This document shows, piece after piece, positions 9,590 through 18,498 of a stretch of DNA of 43,156 nucleotides. The position numbers and the translations under genes were made by a program. This DNA is from Clostridia bacterium. Lineage in GTDB: Bacteria > Bacillota > DULZ01. Within the stretch, counting starts at the first letter, position 1. Each line of letters opens with the position of its first letter. The stretch covers positions 1 through 43,156 of the forward strand of contig JAAZDD010000165.1 in the NCBI GenBank assembly GCA_012512955.1, given 5' to 3'. The notes beneath the pieces are model-generated. The model had not been told where the DNA came from and ran no database searches. It was given only the letters and a program-made list of their open reading frames with translations.

Positions 9590-10253
9590 GGACAGCTATG
9601 TCATGCTGCCCGAGTATAACTTTTTTGCCGTTGCCGATGGCATGGGGGGCCATCAGGCGGGCGCTTTTGCCAGTAATTTGGCATTAAACGTGGTTAAAGA
9701 GCAGGTAATGACATCTAATACAGTAGAAGATCTGCGCAGTCAACTGACTAACGCCGTTCGGGAGGCCAATCGAAGGGTTTATGAACTGAGTAGGAAGGAA
9801 CCGGGTAAAGAGGGTATGGGCACCACTTTGACCGCCCTTTGGCTTAGAGACGGGATCGGTCACCTGGCTCATATCGGGGACAGTCGTGCTTACTTGCTCC
9901 GGGACTTTCAATTGGATTTGTTGACTGTTGATCATTCCCTGGTGGGGGAACTGGTGCGCCATGGCAGTCTTACTCTCAGCGAAGCTGAATCCCATCCCCA
10001 AAGGCACGTGCTGACCAGGGCTTTAGGTATTGAGGCGGAAGTCAAAGTTGATACCAGGAGCATGACTTTAAAATCCGGGGACTTGCTTCTCCTCTGTACT
10101 GACGGGTTGACCAGCCTGGTAGGGGATCAGGAAATCAAAAGTGCTTTTCTACATACAAAGGGACTGGAGGCCTCTCTGGAACAGTTAGTGGAGTTGTCCT
10201 TAAAGCGTGGTGGCAATGATAATATAACTGTTTTGGCTATTTTATTGGATTAG
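9540..10253 (+). CDS. stp: PP2C-family Ser/Thr protein phosphatase (Stp/PrpC/PstP type)
   Basis: Motifs RQQNEDS, ADGMGGH, DGLT, GGNDNITV. The ATG at 9540 is preceded by GAAAGGGGGG; the ORF-track start 9501 looks over-extended. Overlaps the previous ORF by 50 nt. Confidence 0.9.
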   Translation: MQTAVRTHAGLVRQQNEDSYVMLPEYNFFAVADGMGGHQAGAFASNLALNVVKEQVMTSNTVEDLRSQLTNAVREANRRVYELSRKEPGKEGMGTTLTALWLRDGIGHLAHIGDSRAYLLRDFQLDLLTVDHSLVGELVRHGSLTLSEAESHPQRHVLTRALGIEAEVKVDTRSMTLKSGDLLLLCTDGLTSLVGDQEIKSAFLHTKGLEASLEQLVELSLKRGGNDNITVLAILLD

Positions 10254-10262
10254 GTGATGGGC

Positions 10263-11546
10263 ATGCAGGATTCCAGAAGGCAGGAAGCATTGCTGTTAGT
10301 GCCGGTGGCAGTTCTATTGTTGGCCGGTTCGTCTCTGTATTATGCCCTGGCTCCTTTGCCGGAAAACAGGTTTTTGTTTGTTGGTGCTGTCTTATTGGCT
10401 TGTCTTTATTATGTGCTTCATTTTTTACTTGTTTTGCAGGCGAAAGGTGCCGACCAGCTTTTGCTGCCGATAACGGCAATGTTGACCAGTTTGGGACTTA
10501 TTTTTCTTTATCATCTTGATCCAAATCTGGCGGTCAAACAATGGTTCTGGACTGTATTAGGCTTGGTGGCTATGGCCTTTATCATTTTGGCAGTCCGGGA
10601 TTACCATTGGTTGGCCGAGTTTAAATATACCTTTATCTTATTAGGATTAGCCTTTTTAGTGTTGACGGTTTTAATCGGTGACGAAACAGGCGGTGCCCGG
10701 AGTTGGCTCAGTCTGGGGCAGTTTCGGTTTCAGCCTGCTGAGGTGGTAAAGCTACTGGTCATTATTTTCATGGCTGCTTATCTCAGTGAGTATAAGGAAA
10801 GTATTATCGGATACGGGGATTCTAAAAACCCCTTCCGCCTGGATCTACAGGGGTTTGGCCCCCTGTTGGTGGTGGGCGGATTATTAATCGTCTTGTTGGT
10901 AGTACAAAAGGATTTGGGAGCGGCTCTCATTTTCTTTGGTCTGATCCTGTCCATGGTCTATGTAGCTTCAGGCAGGGTATGGCTGGTGGTTTTAGGTTTA
11001 TGGGCTTTTGGGGCAGCTTCCCTTTTGGCCTATTATCTGTTTCCCCATGTTCAGACCAGGGTGGCCATCTGGTATAATCCCTGGCCCCTGGCTGACGGTC
11101 CCGGTTACCAGATTGTGCAGACTTTCTTTTCCTTGGCCCAGGGAGGCATCCTGGGGATGGGAGTAGGTATGAGCAATCCCCGGTTTATTCCGGCGGCGGC
11201 CACGGATTTTATCTTTGCTGTGGCCGGAGGGGAATTAGGCTTTTTAGGTGCTTCTTTAATTCTGTTTCTTTATGCGGTAATCGGTTGGAGAGGCCTTGGT
11301 GCCGCTGCTTCGGCTCCTGATGATTTTGGATTACTGCTGGCCGGCGGTCTGGCGATGCTGTTTTCTTTGCAAACCCTGGTCATCATTGGTGGGATCTTGA
11401 AACTGTTGCCCCTGACGGGAGTGACACTGCCGTTAATGAGTTATGGAGGCAGTTCCCTGGTCATTAATTACCTGATGCTGGGGCTATTGATCCGGTTGAC
11501 TGCTCTTTTTGCCTCTCCTGAAGGGACGGCTGTTCATGAGGACTAA
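10263..11546 (+). CDS. SEDS-family peptidoglycan polymerase (FtsW/RodA)
   Basis: About 10 TM helices, with typical SEDS segments (RSWLSLGQFRFQPAEVVKL, ATDFIFAVAGGELGF, PLTGVTLPLMSYGGSS). ATG 10263 is 5 nt after AGGTGA; GTG 10254 is the alternative. Confidence 0.9.
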   Translation: MQDSRRQEALLLVPVAVLLLAGSSLYYALAPLPENRFLFVGAVLLACLYYVLHFLLVLQAKGADQLLLPITAMLTSLGLIFLYHLDPNLAVKQWFWTVLGLVAMAFIILAVRDYHWLAEFKYTFILLGLAFLVLTVLIGDETGGARSWLSLGQFRFQPAEVVKLLVIIFMAAYLSEYKESIIGYGDSKNPFRLDLQGFGPLLVVGGLLIVLLVVQKDLGAALIFFGLILSMVYVASGRVWLVVLGLWAFGAASLLAYYLFPHVQTRVAIWYNPWPLADGPGYQIVQTFFSLAQGGILGMGVGMSNPRFIPAAATDFIFAVAGGELGFLGASLILFLYAVIGWRGLGAAASAPDDFGLLLAGGLAMLFSLQTLVIIGGILKLLPLTGVTLPLMSYGGSSLVINYLMLGLLIRLTALFASPEGTAVHED

Positions 11547-12918
11547 TTTGTTGCGTTCCAGAATCGCCATCATCTTGTGTTTTGCTCTACTGGTTCTTGC
11601 TTTGGGCCGGATCCAGCTGGTGGAACGCCGGGAACTGGTCCTTCACCCGGCTAATCGTTACAGGATGGCTGCAGAGAATAGAGTCAAGCGGGGGGAAATC
11701 TTCGACCGGAAAGGGATGCCTTTGGCCCTTTGGACCGAGGAAGGACAAAGGTATTATCCTTTAAGCTACGCCGGGAGTCACCCTATTGGCTATGTTTCAG
11801 GGACTTTGGGGGCATCGGGTGCGGAAGCCTGGTTTGCTTCGGAGCTCTTGGGCCGGGAAGGCACCCAGGGATTTAAAAATTTTTGGCAGCGTTTAGCAGG
11901 TGGTCAGGAAGCAGGATATAATATACAATTAACCATAGATGGAAATCTGCAGCAACTGGGTTATTCCCTCCTGGGAGGGCAAAAAGGTGCCATTGTGGCT
12001 ATACAACCGGCCACGGGAGAAATACTGGCCCTAGTCAGCTCCCCGGGTTTTGACCCCAATCATTTGGAACAGAATTGGAATCATTATACGAACAATCCTG
12101 AAGAACCCCTGTTTAACAGAGCCCTTCTTGGCACTTACCCTCCAGGTTCCACTTTTAAATTGGTGGTAGGAGCGGCGGCCTTGAAACAGGATCCGGAGCT
12201 TTTGGAGCGGCAGTTTGAATGTCCCGGTTACATTCAACTGGAGGGAAGACAGTTGGCCTGCTACCAGGCCCATGGACAGTTGAGTTTTGTGGACGGTATA
12301 GCTGTTTCTTGTAACGTGGTCTTTGCCCAATTGGGATTGGAAATAGGTGAAGAACAGTTGAGGAGACAGGCCGGCGCTTTTGGCTTTGACCAAGGGCTGT
12401 TGGCAGGAATACCGGTGAAGCATTCCAGCTTGGGAGATGAGCCATTGACTGTGAACGGTCTGGCGGAAAGTGCCATTGGTCAGGGAAAAGTACTGGCCAC
12501 ACCACTGCAAATGGCCCTGGTTACAGCAGCCATTGCCAATGACGGCCTGCTGGCGGAACCGTATTTATTGCGGTCCCGGTCGGTATCAGGAGCAACTTTT
12601 TCTGCACCGGCTCCCGTTCTTTCTTCCACCAGAGTTCTGACCAGGAGTACAGCCCAGGTCCTGAAAGAGGCCATGGTAGGTGTCGTCAACTACGGTACCG
12701 GCCGGCAGGCCCGGATCAACGGGATCCAAGTAGGAGGGAAGACGGGCAGTGCTGAAAACCCTCATGGACAGGCCCATGCCTGGTTTGTCGCTTTTGCGCC
12801 TGCTGAAGCTCCGGAAATTGCGGTAGCCGTGGTGGTGGAAAACGCCGGTTCAGGTGGAGGTAACGGAGGGCCTATTGTCAGGGAATTGATTAGTTACTAT
12901 TTATCATCTTTGGAATAG
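11536..12918 (+). CDS. Class B penicillin-binding protein / transpeptidase (PbpA-like, short form)
   Basis: SxxK (STFK), SxN (SCN) and KTG (KTGS) motifs in the correct order, plus an N-terminal TM anchor. ATG 11536 overlaps the SEDS gene end by 11 nt. Confidence 0.9.
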   Translation: MRTNLLRSRIAIILCFALLVLALGRIQLVERRELVLHPANRYRMAAENRVKRGEIFDRKGMPLALWTEEGQRYYPLSYAGSHPIGYVSGTLGASGAEAWFASELLGREGTQGFKNFWQRLAGGQEAGYNIQLTIDGNLQQLGYSLLGGQKGAIVAIQPATGEILALVSSPGFDPNHLEQNWNHYTNNPEEPLFNRALLGTYPPGSTFKLVVGAAALKQDPELLERQFECPGYIQLEGRQLACYQAHGQLSFVDGIAVSCNVVFAQLGLEIGEEQLRRQAGAFGFDQGLLAGIPVKHSSLGDEPLTVNGLAESAIGQGKVLATPLQMALVTAAIANDGLLAEPYLLRSRSVSGATFSAPAPVLSSTRVLTRSTAQVLKEAMVGVVNYGTGRQARINGIQVGGKTGSAENPHGQAHAWFVAFAPAEAPEIAVAVVVENAGSGGGNGGPIVRELISYYLSSLE

Positions 12919-12920
12919 AG

Positions 12921-14783
12921 GTGAAGATTCTGTTCGGGCGGGTAATAGGTAATAGGTATGAGATCATGGAAAAACTGGGCGGCGGCGGAATGGCCATCGT
13001 CTATAAAGCAAAGGACCGGTTATTGTCCCGGGCGGTTACCGTTAAAATACTGAGGGAGCAATTTGCCGGTGACCGGGAAGTGGTACGTCGCTTTCAGCAG
13101 GAAGCCCAGGCGGTGGCGCGTTTATCACATCCCAACATTGTCAGCATTTATGATGTGGGACAGGAACAGGATCTCTATTACTTAGTAATGGAATATATTG
13201 AAGGAAAGACTTTAAAGGAAATAATTCAGGAAAAAGGCCGGCTGGAACCGCAGGAGGCTGTGGAATATGCCCTGCAACTTTGTGATGCCCTCCAGCATGC
13301 CCATGAAAGCAATATTATCCATCGGGATATTAAACCGCAAAACATTTTAATCACCGGTCGCGGCCAGGCCAAAGTGACGGATTTCGGCATTGCCAAGGCT
13401 GTTACCAATGCCACCATGACCTATTCCGGCAGCAGCATTATCGGCACGGTCCAATATATTTCACCGGAACAGGCAAAAGGGGATATGGCTACCGTCCATA
13501 CGGATATTTATTCTGCAGGAATAGTCTTATATGAAATGCTCACCGGCCGGCTTCCCTTTGAAGGGGACACGGCCATCGGAATTGCAATCAAGCATATCCA
13601 GGCGGAGTGTCCCCTGCCTTCTACCCTGGTACCGGATTTTCCCCCGGAATTGGAACTGGTGATTACGAAGGCAATGGCGAAGAGACCCCAGGAACGGTTC
13701 GCCAGTGCTAATGATATGAAACGTGCTTTGGAGCAAGCCATGGACAGGTTGACCCTTCCTTTAGGACAGACGCAAGTGCTGCCGCGGGTAACCGGTGACC
13801 GGCCCCGGGAGGAAATAAGGACCAAAAACCGTACTACCGGAAAAAAGCCCAAGGTCTTAAATTGGGTACTGTTGGCCTTGTCCCTTTTGCTTGTCTTTTC
13901 CGGTGCTCTCTATTACGGATTTCAGCGGTATTTGGCAGTCAAGGAAGTGCCGGTGCCGGATGTCACTAATCTGCCGGTAACGGAAGCGGAAAGGATTTTA
14001 TTGGCGGAAGGTCTGGAGTGGGAGATCGGCAGTAGCAGGTACGATGATCAAGTGCCGAAGAATTATGTGTTGAACCAGAAGCCCAGTCCCGGTGAAATGA
14101 TTAAACAGACCAGAGCCGTGATCTTGGATGTGAGCCTGGGTCCCAATTTGGGGAAAGTCCCTGATGTGATCGGTTTGACCCAGCGGGAGGCCAGGGTGGA
14201 GATTCAAAATGCCGGTTTTCAGGTAGCGGATGAAATCATAGAGCAGTACACGGATCTGATTGGGGAAGGTTATGTTTTTGCCCAGGATCCTCTTCCTAAT
14301 AAAGAGGTACCCCTTGGCAGCCAGGTTACCTTAACGGGCAGTCTGGGACCTCAACCCCGTTACATTGACATGCCTAATCTCATCGGCAAGGATCTCCAGG
14401 AAGCAAAGAGAATTTTGGAGGAGCATTACCTGGAGCCGGGGGAAGTGAATAATGAGGTCAGTTACGAGTATTTTTCCGGGCAAGTGATCAGTCAGGATGT
14501 GCTGCCGGGAGAACAAATACTGCAGAAATCCACCGTTAACCTGACAGTCAGTTTGGGACCCGGCCCTGCATCCAAGCGGGCGACGGTACAGGTCTGGGTA
14601 CAGGATGACGGCAAGCAACATCGAATCAGGGTCGTCATCATTGATCAGACCGGTGAGCATGAGGAGTACAATGCAGTGCACGATTCCAATGATTTCATCA
14701 GCATTGAGGTGCCTTACTACGGAAAAGGACAGGCGCTGGTTTATGAAGATGATGTTTTGATTAAAGAAACAACATTACAATAG
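12921..14783 (+). CDS. prkC: PASTA-domain Ser/Thr protein kinase (PrkC/PknB type)
   Basis: Gly loop LGGGGMAIVYKA, HRDIKPQN, DFG, GTVQYISPE. One TM helix, three PASTA repeats each ending in SLG, and a C-terminal beta-rich domain. GTG start. Confidence 0.95.
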   Translation: MKILFGRVIGNRYEIMEKLGGGGMAIVYKAKDRLLSRAVTVKILREQFAGDREVVRRFQQEAQAVARLSHPNIVSIYDVGQEQDLYYLVMEYIEGKTLKEIIQEKGRLEPQEAVEYALQLCDALQHAHESNIIHRDIKPQNILITGRGQAKVTDFGIAKAVTNATMTYSGSSIIGTVQYISPEQAKGDMATVHTDIYSAGIVLYEMLTGRLPFEGDTAIGIAIKHIQAECPLPSTLVPDFPPELELVITKAMAKRPQERFASANDMKRALEQAMDRLTLPLGQTQVLPRVTGDRPREEIRTKNRTTGKKPKVLNWVLLALSLLLVFSGALYYGFQRYLAVKEVPVPDVTNLPVTEAERILLAEGLEWEIGSSRYDDQVPKNYVLNQKPSPGEMIKQTRAVILDVSLGPNLGKVPDVIGLTQREARVEIQNAGFQVADEIIEQYTDLIGEGYVFAQDPLPNKEVPLGSQVTLTGSLGPQPRYIDMPNLIGKDLQEAKRILEEHYLEPGEVNNEVSYEYFSGQVISQDVLPGEQILQKSTVNLTVSLGPGPASKRATVQVWVQDDGKQHRIRVVIIDQTGEHEEYNAVHDSNDFISIEVPYYGKGQALVYEDDVLIKETTLQ

Positions 14784-14792
14784 GGAGGTAAT

Positions 14793-15668
14793 ATGCTGGA
14801 GGGAATCATCGTCAAAGGTTACAGCGGCTTTTACTATGTACAGTCCGGTTCCTTTTTGTGGGAGTGTTCTTTGCGAGGTAAGTACCGGATCAAGGAACAG
14901 AGTTTTTTGGTGGGGGACCGGGTATTGATCAAACCGGTCAATGAATCGAAAGCGGTAATCGAAAAAGTGCTGCCCCGGACCAATGAGTTGATCAGGCCAC
15001 CGGTGGCCAACGTGGAACAAGTGGTGATCGTGGTTTCCTTGGCTGATCCGGACCCGGATTTAATGTTGTTGGACCGGCTCCTGATCCTGGCGGAACACCA
15101 GGAACTTAAGGTGCTCATTTGTTTTAACAAGGCGGATTTGGTAGAGACAGCATTTCAGGAACAGCATTACCGGCTTTATGAAGGTATCGGTTACCGGGTC
15201 CTGTTAACCAGTGTCAAAAACATGACGGGTATCTCATTGCTGAAAGAGGCGTTGCGGGGAAAGATCTCGGTAATGGCCGGACCGTCAGGGGTGGGGAAAT
15301 CCAGCCTGCTTAACGCCGTGCAACCGGGTCTGTCCCTGAAAACAGGTACCGTCAGCCAAAAAACCAGGAGGGGACGCCATACTACCCGTCATGTGGAATT
15401 GCTCAGCCTTGAAGGCGGGGGCTTTGTGGCCGATACGCCGGGTTTCAGCCGCTTGGTTTTACCTGAGATGAAGAGGGAAGATTTATCCTATTACTTTCCG
15501 GAACTGGCGGAACTGAAGGCTCAGTGCCGGTTCAGCAGTTGCCTGCACCAGACCGAGCCCGGTTGTGCCGTGCTGGCAGCAAAAGAAAATAATTTAATTA
15601 ATACCGGTCGGTATGAGCACTATTGCTATTTATTGAATGAAGTGATCCAGAATGAGAGGAGATATTGA
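14793..15668 (+). CDS. rsgA: Ribosome small-subunit biogenesis GTPase RsgA (CpgA/YloQ)
   Basis: OB-fold N-terminus, circularly permuted GTPase (NKADL ... GPSGVGKSS), and C-terminal zinc knuckle CRFSSCLHQTEPGCAV. Confidence 0.95.
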   Translation: MLEGIIVKGYSGFYYVQSGSFLWECSLRGKYRIKEQSFLVGDRVLIKPVNESKAVIEKVLPRTNELIRPPVANVEQVVIVVSLADPDPDLMLLDRLLILAEHQELKVLICFNKADLVETAFQEQHYRLYEGIGYRVLLTSVKNMTGISLLKEALRGKISVMAGPSGVGKSSLLNAVQPGLSLKTGTVSQKTRRGRHTTRHVELLSLEGGGFVADTPGFSRLVLPEMKREDLSYYFPELAELKAQCRFSSCLHQTEPGCAVLAAKENNLINTGRYEHYCYLLNEVIQNERRY

Positions 15669-15669
15669 A

Positions 15670-16335
15670 ATGATTGAAATTGCCCCATCCCTTTTGAGTG
15701 CTGACTTCAGCCGTTTGGCGGAGGAAATAGGCAGCATCGAAAAGCTGGGAATTAACATGTTGCACTTGGACGTGATGGATGGGCATTTTGTACCCAATAT
15801 TACTTTTGGACCGGGGTTAATCAAAGATTTGCGGGGCTCAAGCAAGATGGTCTTTGATGTTCATTTAATGATTGAAAACCCGGAAAAATATGTGAGGGAT
15901 TTTGTCAGAGCCGGAGCGGACATTGTAACGGTCCATGCGGAAGCCACCCTTCATCTCCACCGGTTGTTGTCCCAGATTAAGGAGGAAGGAGTTAAAGCCG
16001 CAGTAGCCCTGAATCCGGCTACTCCTTTAACGGCCATTGAATGGGTCCTGCCCCAGTTGGATATGGTCTTATTGATGAGCGTCAATCCGGGGTTCGGAGG
16101 ACAGCAATTCATTCCGGCAGTATTGCCAAAAATAAAGGCCTTAAAACAAATGTTGCTGGAAAAGGGGCTTAAAATACCTATCCAGGTGGACGGCGGGATC
16201 AACCGGCATACAGCAGGTACAGTGGTGGCGGCAGGAGCTGATATTCTGGTTGCCGGGTCGGCTGTGTTCGGTGAGGCTGATCGGGGCCAAGCGATACAGG
16301 CGCTCTTAAATGCCACAGCAACAATAGGGGAGTAA
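15670..16335 (+). CDS. rpe: Ribulose-phosphate 3-epimerase
   Basis: IAPSLLSADF, HLDVMDGHFVPN, and MSVNPGFGGQQF motifs. ATG 15670 is 8 nt after GAGAGGAG and 2 nt after the rsgA stop. The track start 15652 is over-extended. Confidence 0.95.
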   Translation: MIEIAPSLLSADFSRLAEEIGSIEKLGINMLHLDVMDGHFVPNITFGPGLIKDLRGSSKMVFDVHLMIENPEKYVRDFVRAGADIVTVHAEATLHLHRLLSQIKEEGVKAAVALNPATPLTAIEWVLPQLDMVLLMSVNPGFGGQQFIPAVLPKIKALKQMLLEKGLKIPIQVDGGINRHTAGTVVAAGADILVAGSAVFGEADRGQAIQALLNATATIGE

Positions 16336-16339
16336 TCCC

Positions 16340-16368
16340 TTGACGATCATTAATGACCATGTTATAAT
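16340..16368 (+). promoter_or_regulatory. Sigma-A promoter of the FMN-riboswitch/ribU unit
   Basis: TTGACG (16340-16345), a 17-nt spacer, then TATAAT (16363-16368). Confidence 0.75.
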
Positions 16369-16384
16369 TTTAGCAAATAATTCA

Positions 16385-16505
16385 ATATGGTCCTTCGGGG
16401 ATAGGTGAAATTCCTTACCGGCGGTAAAGCCCGCGAGCCGGTTTCCGGTTGATCCGGTGAAATTCCGGAGCCGACAGTTAAAGTCTGGATGGGAGAAGGA
16501 TGAGT
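16385..16505 (+). promoter_or_regulatory. FMN riboswitch (RFN element) aptamer
   Basis: Contains the conserved RFN blocks AGGTGAAATTCCTTACCGGCGGT, AGCCCGCGAGC, CCGGTGAAATTCCGGAGCCGACAGT and AAGTCTGGATGGGAGAAGGA. P1 is TCCTTC (16391-16396) paired with GAAGGA (16495-16500). The downstream gene is a riboflavin transporter. Confidence 0.9.
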
Positions 16506-16541
16506 GGCATGGTTTATTATCATGTCCATTAATTATGATGT

Positions 16542-16568
16542 AAAACCCCGAAGCTTTTCGGGGTTTTT
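16542..16568 (+). terminator. Riboswitch expression-platform intrinsic terminator
   Basis: AAAACCCCGAA / TTCGGGGTTTT hairpin followed by a T run. It lies between the aptamer and the ribU RBS. Confidence 0.8.
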
Positions 16569-16605
16569 CTCTGCTGGGGACCATATTGGGACAGGAGGAG
16601 ATGGA

Positions 16606-17190
16606 ATGTCAGTCAAAAAAATGGTGCAAGTTGGTTTTCTGGCAGCGGTAGGTTTCTTGTTGATGTTTACGGTGGAGTTTCCCTTGCCCTTGTTGCCCCC
16701 TTTTCTGAAGTATGATCCCAGCGAAGTTCCTGCTTTAATTGCCGCTTTTGCTTACGGACCCTGGGTCGGTGTCCTGGTAGAGATGGTGAAGAATATTCTC
16801 TTTTTCATTTCCGGTAAAGCCACTTCCGGGATCATCGGTTTCTTGGGCGCTTCCATTGCCGGGTGTACTTATGTATTGGTGGCCGGCAGCGTATATGAGC
16901 ACTGGCGTACCAAAACGGGAGCACTGGCCAGTCTGTTAGTCGGTTCGGCCGCTTTGGTAATTGTGATGTCGTTGGCTAATTATTTCATCCTGCTTCCTTT
17001 ATGGGGGATTCCCAGAGAAGAAGTAGGTGGCTTGATTATCTCGGCGGTAGTGCCTTTCAATGCCGTTAAAGGCTTTCTGAGCGGACTGATCTCTTTTGTT
17101 GTTTATAAACGGGTTAGAGTATTTTTGGGTGAAGTTACCGAAACTAAGAAGCCCGGCGAAGAGGTATCCGAAATGAGAGTCGGGAAATAA
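16606..17190 (+). CDS. ribU: Riboflavin transporter RibU (ECF S-component)
   Basis: MSVKKMVQVGFLAAVGFLLMF...FLKYDPSEVPALIAAFAYGP...VPFNAVKG closely parallels B. subtilis RibU/YpaA. ATG 16606 is 5 nt after AGGAGGAG. The track start 16504 lies inside the riboswitch. Confidence 0.9.
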   Translation: MSVKKMVQVGFLAAVGFLLMFTVEFPLPLLPPFLKYDPSEVPALIAAFAYGPWVGVLVEMVKNILFFISGKATSGIIGFLGASIAGCTYVLVAGSVYEHWRTKTGALASLLVGSAALVIVMSLANYFILLPLWGIPREEVGGLIISAVVPFNAVKGFLSGLISFVVYKRVRVFLGEVTETKKPGEEVSEMRVGK

Positions 17191-17208
17191 GCAGGGAGGA
17201 GAAACTGT

Positions 17209-17763
17209 TTGATTGGTATAATCAGTGATACCCATGGTGATTTCCGGGTCTGGCAGGCCATCTATGAAAGATATTTGCAAGATATCCAGTTAATTCTACA
17301 TGCCGGTGACGTCCTCTATCACGGACCGAGAAATCCGCTCACTGCCGGGTATGCACCGGGAGAGCTGGCAAGGCACTTGCAGGAATTGCCGGTTCCTCTT
17401 TTGATCGCTCAGGGTAATTGCGATTCCCAGGTGGATGCCATGGTGACGGAACTGCCTTTAGGCAGCCAGTATATTGTGACCATCATCAACCAGGTTAAAG
17501 TGCTCCTGCATCACGGCCATCACTGGAAACGGGAGCAGGTGGAAAACCTTTGCCGCCGGTGGTCCGTTGACCTTTGTATTCAAGGGCATACTCATGTTCC
17601 TTCCTTAACCAAAGACGGCGTCACCGTCTACTTGAATCCCGGCAGCCCTTCCCTGCCCAAAGGAGAAGGGCGGAAAGGCACTATTGCCTTGTGGGAAGAC
17701 AACCGGATCCAGTTGGTGGAATGGGAAACGGGCAAGGTAATCGAAGAACTGTACCTCAAATAA
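17209..17763 (+). CDS. YfcE/MJ0936-family metallophosphoesterase
   Basis: ISDTHGD, GD..YHG, GNCD, HHGH and GHTH metal-binding motifs. TTG start after GGGAGGAG. Confidence 0.85.
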   Translation: MIGIISDTHGDFRVWQAIYERYLQDIQLILHAGDVLYHGPRNPLTAGYAPGELARHLQELPVPLLIAQGNCDSQVDAMVTELPLGSQYIVTIINQVKVLLHHGHHWKREQVENLCRRWSVDLCIQGHTHVPSLTKDGVTVYLNPGSPSLPKGEGRKGTIALWEDNRIQLVEWETGKVIEELYLK

Positions 17764-17791
17764 ATGATTTGCTAAGGTTTCCGGATTGAAC

Positions 17792-17820
17792 TTGCACAAT
17801 AATTTGGATTCTGTTACAAT
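17792..17820 (+). promoter_or_regulatory. Sigma-A promoter upstream of rpmB
   Basis: TTGCAC (17792-17797), a 17-nt spacer, then TACAAT (17815-17820). Confidence 0.65.
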
Positions 17821-17870
17821 GGACGAAGGCTTATTTTAGCAACGCTCTTAACTCCAAGGAGGTGGAAAAG

Positions 17871-18059
17871 ATGGCGAAGTGTTCCGTATGTGGCAAACAA
17901 GTGATTACCGGTAATCAGGCCAGCCACTCCAATATAAAAACCAAAAGAAGCTGGGCACCTAACGTGAAAAGAGTACGGGCTATTGTCAACGGTAGCCCCC
18001 GGCGGATTCACGTTTGCACCCGGTGCCTACGTTCCGGAAAGGTGCAAAGGGCCATATAA
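17871..18059 (+). CDS. rpmB: 50S ribosomal protein L28
   Basis: MAKCSVCGKQVITGNQASHSNIKTKRSWAPNVKRVRA... is typical of L28. ATG is 8 nt after AGGAGG. The track start 17862 lies within the RBS. Confidence 0.95.
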   Translation: MAKCSVCGKQVITGNQASHSNIKTKRSWAPNVKRVRAIVNGSPRRIHVCTRCLRSGKVQRAI

Positions 18060-18125
18060 AAAAGGATCTGTTAATAAGCCCCATTTTCGAACGTTCAGGC
18101 AGGGGTTTAGCATTCCGGAAAAACT

Positions 18126-18160
18126 CGGCATAGTCACGGAAACATGGCTATGCCGTTTTT
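18126..18160 (+). terminator. Intrinsic terminator after rpmB
   Basis: CGGCATAG (18126-18133) pairs with CTATGCCG (18148-18155), followed by TTTTT. Confidence 0.7.
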
Positions 18161-18250
18161 CATGCCTGCAGATGCTAAAATTTTATCCTCCGGCAGGGTT
18201 TGATATTGAGGATGTGGAAAGAATAAGAACAATTTGTTGCTGGGGGAGGG

Positions 18251-18469
18251 TTGCCGTTGATTACCAAGGATATGTATCTATTGGAGCTGATGCAGCGTTA
18301 TCCGGAGGCGAAAGCCTATTTAGAATCGCAAAACATGTATTGCGGCAGTTGTATGGGCGCAATGGATGAAACAATAGAAAAGGCAGCCAAGCAACACGGA
18401 ATGGACCTGGGATTATTATTGCAAGAATTAAACAAGCTAGTAGGTGATAGGGGAGACGACAATGATTGA
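18251..18469 (+). CDS. DUF1858-domain protein (hybrid-cluster-protein-associated redox disulfide family)
   Basis: ITKDMYLLELMQRYPEAKAYLESQNMYCGSCMGAMDETIEKAAKQHGMDL matches the remembered DUF1858 pattern with its CxxC pair. TTG start 6 nt after GGGGAGGG. Confidence 0.7.
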   Translation: MPLITKDMYLLELMQRYPEAKAYLESQNMYCGSCMGAMDETIEKAAKQHGMDLGLLLQELNKLVGDRGDDND

Positions 18470-18498
18470 TGTTGCGTTTGAGAAGGGAGGCAGTTTCG

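Noticed and set aside
12941-12958. Tandem heptamer GGTAATA x2.5 in codons 7-13 of prkC. Slippage here would frameshift the kinase.
   Set aside because: With only 2.5 copies it is too short for meaningful slipped-strand phase variation. It is explained by the codons for VIGNRY.
18060-18250. I searched the rpmB flanks for a SpoVM-like 26-aa gene, which is adjacent to rpmB in B. subtilis.
   Set aside because: The only small ORF there (MAMPFFMPADAKILSSGRV) lies within the terminator hairpin, has no RBS, and does not resemble SpoVM.
17983-18369. 128-aa + strand ORF spanning the rpmB 3' end, its terminator, and the DUF1858 start.
   Set aside because: It reads through a clear intrinsic terminator, overlaps two well-supported genes out of frame, and has no RBS.
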